A stretch of DNA of 64,000 nucleotides from Squalus acanthias (taxonomy: Eukaryota): positions 744,001 to 808,000 of the forward strand of contig JASTWF010000187.1 in assembly GCA_030390025.1 (NCBI GenBank), read 5' to 3'. Under the pieces are notes generated by a model. That model did no database searches and had not been told where the DNA came from. It saw nothing but the letters and a program-made list of their open reading frames with translations. Of the stretch, positions 1 to 15,000 are shown piece by piece. Made by a program: the position numbers and the translations under genes. The number at the start of each line of letters is the position of its first letter. The stretch's first letter is position 1.

Positions 1-3000
1 ATTCACTGTGTAATGATATACCGTGTCCTGATACAATGTGTCCTGATATACTGTGTCCTGATATATTGTGTCCTGATACACTGTGTCCTGATATACTGTG
101 TCCTGATACACTGTGTCCTGATATACTGTGTTCCTGATACACTGTGTACTGATATACCGTGTCCCTGATTCACTGTGTCCTGATACACTGTGTCCTGATA
201 TACTGTGTCCTGTTACACTGTGTCCTGATATACTGTGTTGGAAGGACTGTGTCCTGATGTACTGTGTCCTGATACACTGTGTCCTGATATACTGTGTCCT
301 GATACACTGTGTCCTGATATACTGTGTCCTGATACACTGTGTCCTGATATACTGTGCCCTGATACACTGTGTCCTGATACACTGTGTCCCTGATATACTG
401 TGTCCTGATATACTGTGTCCTGATATACTGTGTCCCTGATACACTGTGTCCTGATACACTGTGTCCTGATATACTGTGTCCTGATATACTGTGTCCTGAT
501 ACACTGTGTTCCTGATACACTGTGTTCTGATATACTGTGTCCCTGATACACTGTGTCCTGGTACACTGCTTCCTGATATGACTGTGTCCTGATACACTTT
601 GTCCTGATATACTGTGTTCCTGATACACTGTGTAATGATATACCGTGTCCTGATACAATGTGTCCTGATATACTGTGTCCTGATATATTGTGTCCTGATA
701 CACTGTGTCCTGATATACTGTGTCCTGATACACTGTGTCCTGATATACTGTGTTCCTGATACACTGTGTACTGATATACCGTGTCCCTGATTCACTGTGT
801 CCTGATACACTGTGTCCTGATATACTGTGTCCTGTTACACTGTGTCCTGATATACTGTGTTGGAAGGACTGTGTCCTGATACACTGTTTCCTGATATAGC
901 GTGTCCCTGATACACTCTCTCCTAATACACTGTGTCGCTGATACACTGTGTCCTGATATACTGTGTCCTGATATACTGTGTTCCTGATACACTGTGGCCT
1001 GATATACTATGTCCCTTGTACACTGTGTCCTGATATACTGTGTCCTGATACACTGTGTCCCTGATACACTGTGGCCTGATATACTATGTCCAGATACACT
1101 GTGTCCCTGATATACTGTGTCCTGATACACAGTGTCCTGATATACTGTGTTCTGATACACTGTGTCCTGATACACTGTGCACTGATATACCGTGTCCCTG
1201 ATTCACTGTGTCCTGATACACTGTGTCCTGATATACTGTGTCCTGATACACTGTGTCCTGATATACTGTGTCCTGATACACTGTGTCCTGATATACTGTG
1301 TTCCTGATACACTGTGTACTGATATACCGTGTCCCTGATTCACTGTGTCCTGATAAACTGTGTCCTGATATACCGTGTCCCTGATACACTGTGTCCTGAT
1401 ATACTGTGTCCTGATACACTGTATCCAGATATACTGTGTCCTGATATATTGTGTCCTGATACACTGTGTCCTGATATACTGTGTCCTGATACACTGTGTC
1501 CTGATATACTGTGCCCTGATACACTGTGTCCTGATACACTGTGTCCCTGATATACTGTGTCCTGATATACTGTGTCCTGATATACTGTGTCCCTGATACA
1601 CTGTGTCCTGATACACTGTGTCCTGATATACTGTGTCCTGATATACTGTGTCCTGATACACTGTGTTCCTGATACACTGTGTTCTGATATACTGTGTCCC
1701 TGATACACTGTGTCCTGATACACTGTGTCCTGATACACTGTGTCCTGATACACTGGGTCCTGATATAGTGTGTCCCTGATACACTGTGTCCTGATATACT
1801 GTATCCTGATACACTGTGTTCCTGATACACTGTGTCCTGATATACTGTGTCGCTGGTACACTGTGTCCTGGTACACTGTGTCCTGATACACTGTGTCCTG
1901 ATACACTGTGTCCCTGATACACTGTGTCCTGATATACTGTGTCCTGATAAACTGTGTCCTGATATACAGTGTTCCTGATACACTGTGTAGTGATATACCG
2001 TGTCCTGATACATTGTGTCCTGATATACTGTGTCCTGATATACTTTGTCCTGATACACTGTGTCCTGATATAATGTGTACCTGATACACTGTGTACTGAT
2101 ATACCGTGTCCCTGATATACTGTGGCCTGATACACTGTGTCCAGTTATACTGTGTCCTGATGTACTGTGTCCTGATACACTGTGTCCTGATATACTGTGT
2201 CCTGATACATTGTGTCCTGATATACTGTGCCCTGATACACTGTGTCCTGATACACTGTGTCCCTGATATACTGTGTCCTGATATACTGTGTCCTGATATA
2301 CTGTGTCCCTGATACACTGTGTCCTGATACACTGTGTCCTGATATACTGTGTCCTGATATACTGTGTCCTGATACACTGTGTTCCTGATACACTGTGTTC
2401 TGATATACTGTGTCCCTGATACACTGTGTCCTGGTACACTGCGTCCTGATATGATGTGTCCTGATACACTTTGTCCTGATATACTGTGTTCCTGATACAC
2501 TGTGTAATGATATACCGTGTCCTGATACAATGTGTCCTGATATACTGTGTCCTGATATATTGTGTCCTGATACACTGTGTCCTGATATACTGTGTCCTGA
2601 TACACTGTGTCCTGATATACTGTGTTCCTGATACACTGTGTACTGATATACCGTGTCCCTGATTCACTGTGTCCTGATACACTGTGTCCTGATATACTGT
2701 GTCCTGTTACACTGTGTCCTGATATACTGTGTTGGAAGGACTGTGTCCTGATACACTGTTTCCTGATATAGCGTGTCCCTGATACACTCTCTCCTAATAC
2801 ACTGTGTCGCTGATACACTGTGTCCTGATATACTGTGTCCTGATATACTGTGTTCCTGATACACTGTGGCCTGATATACTATGTCCCTTGTACACTGTGT
2901 CCTGATATACTGTGTCCTGATACACTGTGTCCCTGATACACTGTGGCCTGATATACTATGTCCAGATACACTGTGTCCCTGATATACTGTGTCCTGATAC

Positions 3001-6000
3001 ACAGTGTCCTGATATACTGTGTTCTGATACACTGTGTCCTGATACACTGTGCACTGATATACCGTGTCCCTGATTCACTGTGTCCTGATACACTGTGTCC
3101 TGATATACTGTGTCCTGATACACTGTGTCCTGATATACTGTGTCCTGATACACTGTGTCCTGATATACTGTGTTCCTGATACACTGTGTACTGATATACC
3201 GTGTCCCTGATTCACTGTGTCCTGATAAACTGTGTCCTGATATACCGTGTCCCTGATACACTGTGTCCTGATATACTGTGTCCTGATATACTGTGTCCTG
3301 ATACACTGTATCCAGATATACTGTGTCCTGATATATTGTGTCCTGATACACTGTGTCCTGATATACTGTGTCCTGATACACTGTGTCCTGATATACTGTG
3401 CCCTGATACACTGTGTCCTGATACACTGTGTCCCTGATATACTGTGTCCTGATATACTGTGTCCTGATATACTGTGTCCCTGATACACTGTGTCCTGATA
3501 CACTGTGTCCTGATATACTGTGTCCTGATATACTGTGTCCTGATACACTGTGTCCTGATACACTGTGTCCTGATACACTGTGTCCCTGATATACTGTGTC
3601 CTGATACACTGTGTCCTGATATACTGTGTCCCTGATACACTGTGTCCTGATACACTGTGTCCCTGATATACTGTGTCCTGATATACTGTGTCCTGATATA
3701 CTGTGTCCCTGATACACTGTGTCCTGATACACTGTGTCCTGATATACTGTGTCCTGATATACTGTGTCCTGATACACTGTGTTCCTGATACACTGTGTTC
3801 TGATATACTGTGTCCCTGATACACTGTGTCCTGGTACACTGCATCCTGATATGATGTGTCCTGATACACTTTGTCCTGATATACTGTGTTCCTGATACAC
3901 TGTGTAATGATATACCGTGTCCTGATACAATGTGTCCTGATATACTGTGTCCTGATATATTGTGTCCTGATACACTGTGTCCTGATATACTGTGTCCTGA
4001 TACACTGTGTCCTGATATACTGTGTTCCTGATACACTGTGTACTGATATACCGTGTCCCTGATTCACTGTGTCCTGATACACTGTGTCCTGATATACTGT
4101 GTCCTGTTACACTGTGTCCTGATATACTGTGTTGGAAGGACTGTGTCCTGATACACTGTTTCCTGATATAGCGTGTCCCTGATACACTCTCTCCTAATAC
4201 ACTGTGTCGCTGATACACTGTGTCCTGATATACTGTGTCCTGATATACTGTGTTCCTGATACACTGTGGCCTGATATACTATGTCCCTTGTACACTGTGT
4301 CCTGATATACTGTGTCCTGATACACTGTGTCCCTGATACACTGTGGCCTGATATACTATGTCCAGATACACTGTGTCCCTGATATACTGTGTCCTGATAC
4401 ACAGTGTCCTGATATACTGTGTTCTGATACACTGTGTCCTGATACACTGTGCACTGATATACCGTGTCCCTGATTCACTGTGTCCTGATACACTGTGTCC
4501 TGATATACTGTGTCCTGATACACTGTGTCCTGATATACTGTGTCCTGATACACTGTGTCCTGATATACTGTGTTCCTGATACACTGTGTACTGATATACC
4601 GTGTCCCTGATTCACTGTGTCCTGATAAACTGTGTCCTGATATACCGTGTCCCTGATACACTGTGTCCTGATATACTGTGTCCTGATATACTGTGTCCTG
4701 ATACACTGTATCCAGATATACTGTGTCCTGATATATTGTGTCCTGATACACTGTGTCCTGATATACTGTGTCCTGATACACTGTGTCCTGATATACTGTG
4801 CCCTGATACACTGTGTCCTGATACACTGTGTCCCTGATATACTGTGTCCTGATATACTGTGTCCTGATATACTGTGTCCCTGATACACTGTGTCCTGATA
4901 CACTGTGTCCTGATATACTGTGTCCTGATATACTGTGTCCTGATACACTGTGTTCCTGATACACTGTGTTCTGATATACTGTGTCCCTGATACACTGTGT
5001 CCTGATACACTGTGTCCTGATACACTGTGTCCTGATACACTGGGTCCTGATATAGTGTGTCCCTGATACACTGTGTCCTGATATACTGTATCCTGATACA
5101 CTGTGTCCTGATACACTGTGTCCTGATATACTGTGTCCTGATACACTGTGTCCTGATACACTGTGTCCTGATCTACTGTGTCCTGATGTACTGTGTCCTG
5201 ATACACTGTGTCCTGATATACTGTGTCCTGATACACTGTATCCAGATATACTGTGTCCTGATATATTGTGTCCTGATACACTGTGTCCTGATATACTGTG
5301 TCCTGATACACTGTGTCCTGATATACTGTGCCCTAATACACTGTGTCCTGATACACTGTGTCCCTGATATACTGTGTCCTGATATACTGTGTCCTGATAT
5401 ACTGTGTCCCTGATACACTGTGTCCTGATACACTGTGTCCTGATATACTGTGTCCTGATGTACTGTGTCCTGATACACTGTGTCCTGATATACTGTGTCC
5501 TGATACACTGTGTCCTGATATACTGTGTCCTGATACATTGTGTCCTGATATACTGTGCCTGATACACTGTGTCCTGATACACTGTGTCCCTGATATACTG
5601 TGTCCTGATATACTGTGTCCTGATATACTGTGTCCCTGATACACTGTGTCCTGATACACTGTGTCCTGATATACTGTGTCCTGATATACTGTGTCCTGAT
5701 ACACTGTGTTCCTGATACACTGTGTTCTGATATACTGTGTCCCTGATACACTGTGTCCTGGTACACTGCGTCCTGATATGATGTGTCCTGATACACTTTG
5801 TCCTGATATACTGTGTTCCTGATACACTGTGTAATGATATACCGTGTCCTGATACAATGTGTCCTGATATACTGTGTCCTGATATATTGTGTCCTGATAC
5901 ACTGTGTCCTGATATACTGTGTCCTGATACACTGTGTCCTGATATACTGTGTTCCTGATACACTGTGTACTGATATACCGTGTCCCTGATTCACTGTGTC

Positions 6001-9000
6001 CTGATACACTGTGTCCTGATATACTGTGTCCTGTTACACTGTGTCCTGATATACTGTGTTGGAAGGACTGTGTCCTGATACACTGTTTCCTGATATAGCG
6101 TGTCCCTGATACACTCTCTCCTAATACACTGTGTCGCTGATACACTGTGTCCTGATATACTGTGTCCTGATATACTGTGTTCCTGATACACTGTGGCCTG
6201 ATATACTATGTCCCTTGTACACTGTGTCCTGATATACTGTGTCCTGATACACTGTGTCCCTGATACACTGTGGCCTGATATACTATGTCCAGATACACTG
6301 TGTCCCTGATATACTGTGTCCTGATACACAGTGTCCTGATATACTGTGTTCTGATACACTGTGTCCTGATACACTGTGCACTGATATACCGTGTCCCTGA
6401 TTCACTGTGTCCTGATACACTGTGTCCTGATATACTGTGTCCTGATACACTGTGTCCTGATATACTGTGTCCTGATACACTGTGTCCTGATATACTGTGT
6501 TCCTGATACACTGTGTACTGATATACCGTGTCCCTGATTCACTGTGTCCTGATAAACTGTGTCCTGATATACCGTGTCCCTGATACACTGTGTCCTGATA
6601 TACTGTGTCCTGATATACTGTGTCCTGATACACTGTATCCAGATATACTGTGTCCTGATATATTGTGTCCTGATACACTGTGTCCTGATATACTGTGTCC
6701 TGATACACTGTGTCCTGATATACTGTGCCCTGATACACTGTGTCCTGATACACTGTGTCCCTGATATACTGTGTCCTGATATACTGTGTCCTGATATACT
6801 GTGTCCCTGATACACTGTGTCCTGATACACTGTGTCCTGATATACTGTGTCCTGATATACTGTGTCCTGATACACTGTGTTCCTGATACACTGTGTTCCG
6901 ATATACTGTGTCCCTGATACACTGTGTCCTGATACACTGTGTCCTGATACACTGTGTCCTGATACACTGGGTCCTGATATAGTGTGTCCCTGATACACTG
7001 TGTCCTGATATACTGTATCCTGATACACTGTGTTCCTGATACACTGTGTCCTGATATACTGTGTCCTGATACAATGTGTCCTGATACACTGTGTCCTGAT
7101 ACACTGTGTCCTGATACACTGGGTCCTGATATAGTGTGTCCCTGATACACTGTGTCCTGATATACTGTATCCTGATATACTGTGTTCCTGATACACTGTG
7201 TAATGATATACCGTGTCCTGATACAATGTGTCCTGATATACAGTGTCCTGATATATTGTGTCCTGATACACTGTGTCCTGATATACTGTGTCCTGATACA
7301 CTGTGTCCTGATATACTGTGTTCCTGATACACTGTGTACTGATATACCGTGTCCCTGATTCACTGTGTCCTGATATACTGTGTCCTGATATACTGTGTCC
7401 TGTTACACTGTGTCCTGATATACTGTGTTGGAAGGACTGTGTCCTGATACACTGTGTCCTGATATAGCGTGTCCCTGATACACTCTCTCCTGATACACTG
7501 TGTCGCTGATACACTGTGTCCTGATATACTGTGTCCTGATATACTGTGTTCCTGATACACTGTGGCCTGATATACTATGTCCCTTGTACACTGTGTCCTG
7601 ATATACTGTGTCCTGATACACTGTGTCCCTGATACACTGTGTCCTGATACACTGTGTCCTGATACACTGTGTCCTGATATACGTGTCCCTGATTCACTGT
7701 GTCCTGATACACTGTGTCCTGATATACTGTGTCCTGATACACTGTGTCCTGATACACTGTGTCCTGATATACTGTGTCCTGATATACTGTGTCCTGATAC
7801 ACTGTATCCTGATATACTGTGTCCTGATATACTGTGTCCTGATACACTGTGTCCTGATATACTGTGTCCTGATACACTGTGTCCTGATATACTGTGCCCT
7901 GATACACTGTGTCCTGATACACTGTGTCCTGATAAACTGTGTCCTGATATACTGTGTCCTGATACACTGTGTACTGATATACCTGTGTCCTGATACATTG
8001 TGTCCTGATATACTGTGTCCTGATATACTGTGTCCTGATACACTGTGTCCTGATATAATGTGTACCTGATACACTGTGTACTGATATACCGTGTCCCTGA
8101 TATACTGTGGCCTGATACACTGTGTCCTGTTATACTGTGTCCTGATTACTGTGTCCTGATACACTGTGTCCTGATATACTGTGTCCTGATACACTGTGTC
8201 CTGATATACTGTGCCCTGATACACTGTGTCCTGATACACTGTGTCCCTGATATACTGTGTCCTGATATACTGTGTCCTGATATACTGTGTCCCTGATACA
8301 CTGTGTCCTGATACACTGTGTCCTGATATACTGTGTCCTGATATACTGTGTCCTGATACACTGTGTTCCTGATACACTGTGTCTGATATACTGTGTCCCT
8401 GATACACTGTGTCCTGGATACACTGTGTCCTGATATACTGTGTCCTGATACACTGTGTCCTGATATACTGTGTTCCTGATACACTGTGTCCTGATATACT
8501 GTGTCCTGATACACTGTGTCCTGATATACTGTGTCCTGATATACTGTGTCCTGATACACTGTGTCCTGATATACTGTGTCCTGATACACTGTGTCCTGAT
8601 ATACTGTGTTCCTGATACACTGTGTCCTGATATACCGTGTCCCTGATACACTGTGTCCTGATACACTGTGTCCTGATATACTGTGTCCTGATACACTGTG
8701 TCCTGATATACTGTGTCTGAAGACTGTGTCCTGATACACTGTGTCCTGATACACTGGGTCCTGATATACTGTGTCCTGATACACTGTGTCCTGATATACT
8801 GTGTCCTGATACATTGTGTCCTGATATACTGTGCCCTGATACACTGTGTCCTGATACACTGTGTCCCTGATATACTGTGTCCTGATATACTGTGTCCTGA
8901 TATACTGTGTCCCTGATACACTGTGTCCTGATACACTGTGTCCTGATATACTGTGTCCTGATATACTGTGTCCTGATACACTGTGTTCCTGATACACTGT

Positions 9001-12000
9001 GTTCTGATATACTGTGTCCCTGATACACTGTGTCCTGGTACACTGCTGTCCTGATATGATGTGTCCTGATACACTTTGTCCTGATATACTGTGTTCCTGA
9101 TACACTGTGTAATGATATACCGTGTCCTGATACAATGTGTCCTGATATACTGTGTCCTGATATATTGTGTCCTGATACACTGTGTCCTGATATACTGTGT
9201 CCTGATACACTGTGTCCTGATATACTGTGTTCCTGATACACTGTGTACTGATATACCGTGTCCCTGATTCACTGTGTCCTGATACACTGTGTCCTGATAT
9301 ACTGTGTCCTGTTACACTGTGTCCTGATATACTGTGTTGGAAGGACTGTGTCCTGATACACTGTTTCCTGATATAGCGTGTCCCTGATACACTCTCTCCT
9401 AATACACTGTGTCGCTGATACACTGTGTCCTGATATACTGTGTCCTGATATACTGTGTTCCTGATACACTGTGGCCTGATATACTATGTCCCTTGTACAC
9501 TGTGTCCTGATATACTGTGTCCTGATACACTGTGTCCCTGATACACTGTGGCCTGATATACTATGTCCAGATACACTGTGTCCCTGATATACTGTGTCCT
9601 GATACACAGTGTCCTGATATACTGTGTTCTGATACACTGTGTCCTGATACACTGTGCACTGATATACCGTGTCCCTGATTCACTGTGTCCTGATACACTG
9701 TGTCCTGATATACTGTGTCCTGATACACTGTGTCCTGATATACTGTGTCCTGATACACTGTGTCCTGATATACTGTGTTCCTGATACACTGTGTACTGAT
9801 ATACCGTGTCCCTGATTCACTGTGTCCTGATAAACTGTGTCCTGATATACCGTGTCCCTGATACACTGTGTCCTGATATACTGTGTCCTGATATACTGTG
9901 TCCTGATACACTGTATCCAGATATACTGTGTCCTGATATATTGTGTCCTGATACACTGTGTCCTGATATACTGTGTCCTGATACACTGTGTCCTGATATA
10001 CTGTGCCCTGATACACTGTGTCCTGATACACTGTGTCCCTGATATACTGTGTCCTGATATACTGTGTCCTGATATACTGTGTCCCTGATACACTGTGTCC
10101 TGATACACTGTGTCCTGATATACTGTGTCCTGATATACTGTGTCCTGATACACTGTGTTCCTGATACACTGTGTTCTGATATACTGTGTCCCTGATACAC
10201 TGTGTCCTGATACACTGTGTCCTGATACACTGTGTCCTGATACACTGGGTCCTGATATAGTGTGTCCCTGATACACTGTGTCCTGATATACTGTGTCCTG
10301 ATACACTGTGTCCTGATACACTGTGTCCTGATATACTGTGTCCTGATACAATGTGTCCTGATACACTGTGTCCTGATACACTGTGTCCTGATACACTGTG
10401 TCCTGATATAGTGTGTCCTGATACACTGTGTCCTGATATACTGTATCCTGATATACTGTGTTCCTGATACACTGTGTAATGATATACCGTGTCCTGATAC
10501 AATGTGTCCTGATATACAGTGTCCTGATATACTGTGTCCTGATACACTGTGTCCTGATATACTGTGTCCTGATACACTGTGTCCTGATATACTGTGTCCT
10601 GATACACTGTGTACTGATATACCGTGTCCTGATTCACTGTGTCCTGATATACTGTGTCCTGATATACTGTGTCCTGTTACACTGTGTCCTGATATACTGT
10701 GTCTGGATACACTGTGTCCTGATACACTGTGTCCTGATATACTGTGTCCTGATATACTGTGTCCTGATATACTGTGTCCTGATACACTGTGCCTGATATA
10801 CTATGGTCCTGATACACTGTGTCCTGATATACTGTGTCCTGATACACTGTGTCCTGATACACTGTGGCCTGATACTATGTCCTGATACACTGTGTCCCTG
10901 ATACACTGTGTCTGATACACAGTGTCCTGATATACTGTGTCCTGATACACTGTGTCCTGATACACTGTGTCACTGATATACGTGTCCTGATTCACTGTGT
11001 CCTGATACACTGTGTCCTGATACACTGTGTCCTGATACACTGTGTCCTGATACACTGTGTCCTGATACACTGTGTCCTGATATACTGTGTCCTGATACAC
11101 TGTATCCTGAATAACTGTGTCCTGATACACTGTGTCCTGATACACTGTGTCCTGATATACTGTGTCCTGATACACTGTGTCCTGTATACTGTGTCCCTGA
11201 TACACTGTGTCCTGATACACTGTGTCCTGATAAACTGTGTCCTGATATACTGTGTTCCTGATACACTGTGTCGTGATATACTGTGTCCTGATACACTGTG
11301 TCCTGATATACTGTGTCCTGATATACTGTGTCCTGATACACTGTGTCCTGATATACTGTGTCCTGATACACTGTGTACTGATATACTGTGTCCCTGATAT
11401 ACTGTGGCCTGATACACTGTGTCCTGTTATACTGTGTCCTGATATACTGTGCCCTGATACACTGTGTCCTGATACACTGTGTCCCTGATATACTGTGTCC
11501 TGATATACTGTGTCCTGATATACTGTGTCCCTGATACACTGTGTCCTGATACACTGTGTCCTGATATACTGTGTCCTGATATACTGTGTCCTGATACACT
11601 GTGTTCCTGATACACTGTGTTCTGATATACTGTGTCCCTGATACACTGTGTCCTGGTACACTGTGTCCTGATATACTGTGTCCTGATACACTGTGTCCTG
11701 ATATACTGTGTCCTGATACACTGTGTAATGATATACCGTGTCCTGATACAATGTGTCCTGATATACTGTGTCCTGATATATTGTGTCCTGATACACTGTG
11801 TCCTGATATACTGTGTCCTGATACACTGTGTCCTGATATACTGTGTTCCTGATACACTGTGTACTGATATACCGTGTCCCTGATTCACTGTGTCCTGATA
11901 CACTGTGTCCTGATATACTGTGTCCTGTTACACTGTGTCCTGATATACTGTGTTGGAAGGACTGTGTCCTGATACACTGTTTCCTGATATAGCGTGTCCC

Positions 12001-15000
12001 TGATACACTCTCTCCTAATACACTGTGTCGCTGATACACTGTGTCCTGATATACTGTGTCCTGATATACTGTGTTCCTGATACACTGTGGCCTGATATAC
12101 TATGTCCCTTGTACACTGTGTCCTGATATACTGTGTCCTGATACACTGTGTCCCTGATACACTGTGGCCTGATATACTATGTCCAGATACACTGTGTCCC
12201 TGATATACTGTGTCCTGATACACAGTGTCCTGATATACTGTGTTCTGATACACTGTGTCCTGATACACTGTGCACTGATATACCGTGTCCCTGATTCACT
12301 GTGTCCTGATACACTGTGTCCTGATATACTGTGTCCTGATACACTGTGTCCTGATATACTGTGTCCTGATACACTGTGTCCTGATATACTGTGTTCCTGA
12401 TACACTGTGTACTGATATACCGTGTCCCTGATTCACTGTGTCCTGATAAACTGTGTCCTGATATACCGTGTCCCTGATACACTGTGTCCTGATATACTGT
12501 GTCCTGATATACTGTGTCCTGATACACTGTATCCAGATATACTGTGTCCTGATATATTGTGTCCTGATACACTGTGTCCTGATATACTTTGTCCTGATAC
12601 ACTGTGTCCTGATATACTGTGCCCTGATACACTGTGTCCTGATACACTGTGTCCCTGATATACTGTGTCCTGATATACTGTGTCCTGATATACTGTGTCC
12701 CTGATACACTGTGTCCTGATACACTGTGTCCTGATATACTGTGTCCTGATATACTGTGTCCTGATACACTGTGTTCCTGATACACTGTGTTCTGATATAC
12801 TGTGTCCCTGATACACTGTGTCCTGATACACTGTGTCCTGATACACTGTGTCCTGATACACTGGGTCCTGATATAGTGTGTCCCTGATACACTGTGTCCT
12901 GCTATACTGTATCCTGATACACTGTGTTCCTGATACACTGTGTCCTGATATACTGTGTCCTGATACAATGTGTCCTGATACACTGTGTCCTGATACACTG
13001 TGTCCTGATACACTGTGTCCTGATATAGTGTGTCCCTGATACACTGTGTCCTGATATACTGTATCCTGATATACTGTGTTCCTGATACACTGTGTAATGA
13101 TATACCGTGTCCTGATACAATGTGTCCTGATATACAGTGTCCTGATATATTGTGTCCTGATACACTGTGTCCTGATATACTGTGTCCTGATACACTGTGT
13201 CCTGATATACTGTGTTCCTGATACACTGTGTACTGATATACCGTGTCCCTGATTCACTGTGTCCTGATATACTGTGTCCTGATATACTGTGTCCTGTTAC
13301 ACTGTGTCCTGATATACTGTGTTGGAAGGACTGTGTCCTGATACACTGTGTCCTGATATAGCGTGTCCCTGATACACTCTCTCCTGATACACTGTGTCGC
13401 TGATACACTGTGTCCTGATATACTGTGTCCTGATATACTGTGTTCCTGATACACTGTGGCCTGATATACTATGTCCCTTGTACACTGTGTCCTGATATAC
13501 TGTGTCCTGATACACTGTGTCCCTGATACACTGTGGCCTGATATACTATGTCCAGATACACTGTGTCCCTGATATACTGTGTCCTGATACACAGTGTCCT
13601 GATATACTGTGTTCTGATACACTGTGTCCTGATACACTGTGCACTGATATACCGTGTCCCTGATTCACTGTGTCCTGATACACTGTGTCCTGATATACTG
13701 TGTCCTGATACACTGTGTCCTGATACACTGTGTCCTGATATACTGTGTCCTGATATACTGTGTCCTGATACACTGTATCCAGATATACTGTGTCCTGATA
13801 TACTGTGTCCTGATACACTGTGTCCTGATATACTGTGTCCTGATATACTGTGCCCTGATACACTGTGTCCTGATACACTGTGTCCCTGATATACTGTGTC
13901 CTGATATACTGTGTCCTGATATACTGTGTCCCTGATACACTGTGTCCTGATACACTGTGTCCTGATATACTGTGTCCTGATATACTGTGTCGTGATACAC
14001 TGTGTTCCTGATACACTGTGTTCTGATATACTGTGTCCCTGATACACTGTGTCCTGATACACTGTGTCCTGATACACTGTGTCCTGATACACTGGGTCCT
14101 GATATAGTGTGTCCCTGATACACTGTGTCCTGATATACTGTATCCTGATACACTGTGTTCCTGATACACTGTGTCCTGATATACTGTGTCGCTGGTACAC
14201 TGTGTCCTGGTACACTGTGTCCTGATACACTGTGTCCTGATACACTGTGTCCCTGATACACTGTGTCCTGATATACTGTGTCCTGATAAACTGTGTCCTG
14301 ATATACAGTGTTCCTGATACACTGTGTAGTGATATACCATGTCCTGATACATTGTGTCCTGATATACTGTGTCCTGATATACTTTGTCCTGATAAACTGT
14401 GTCCTGATATAATGTGTACCTGATACACTGTGTACTGATATACCGTGTCCCTGATATACTGTGGCCTGATACACTGTGTCCAGTTATACTGTGTCCTGAT
14501 GTACTGTGTCCTGATACACTGTGTCCTGATATACTGTGTCCTGATACATTGTGTCCTGATATACTGTGCCCTGATACACTGTGTCCTGATACACTGTGTC
14601 CCTGATATACTGTGTCCTGATATACTGTGTCCTGATATACTGTGTCCCTGATACACTGTGTCCTGATACACTGTGTCCTGATATACTGTGTTCTGATATA
14701 CTGTGTCCCTGATACACTGTGTTCTGATATACTGTGTCCCTGATACACTGTGTCCTGATACACTGTGTCCTGATATACTGTGTCCTGATAAACTGTGTCC
14801 TGATATACTGTGTCCTGATACACTGTGTCTGATATACTGTGTCCTGATACAATGTGTCCTGATATACTGTGTCCTGATACACTGTGTCCTGATACACTGT
14901 GTCCTGATATACTGTGTCCTGATACACTGTGTCCTGATATACTGTGTCCCTGATACACTGTGTCCTGATATACTGTGTCCTGATACACTGTGTCCTGATA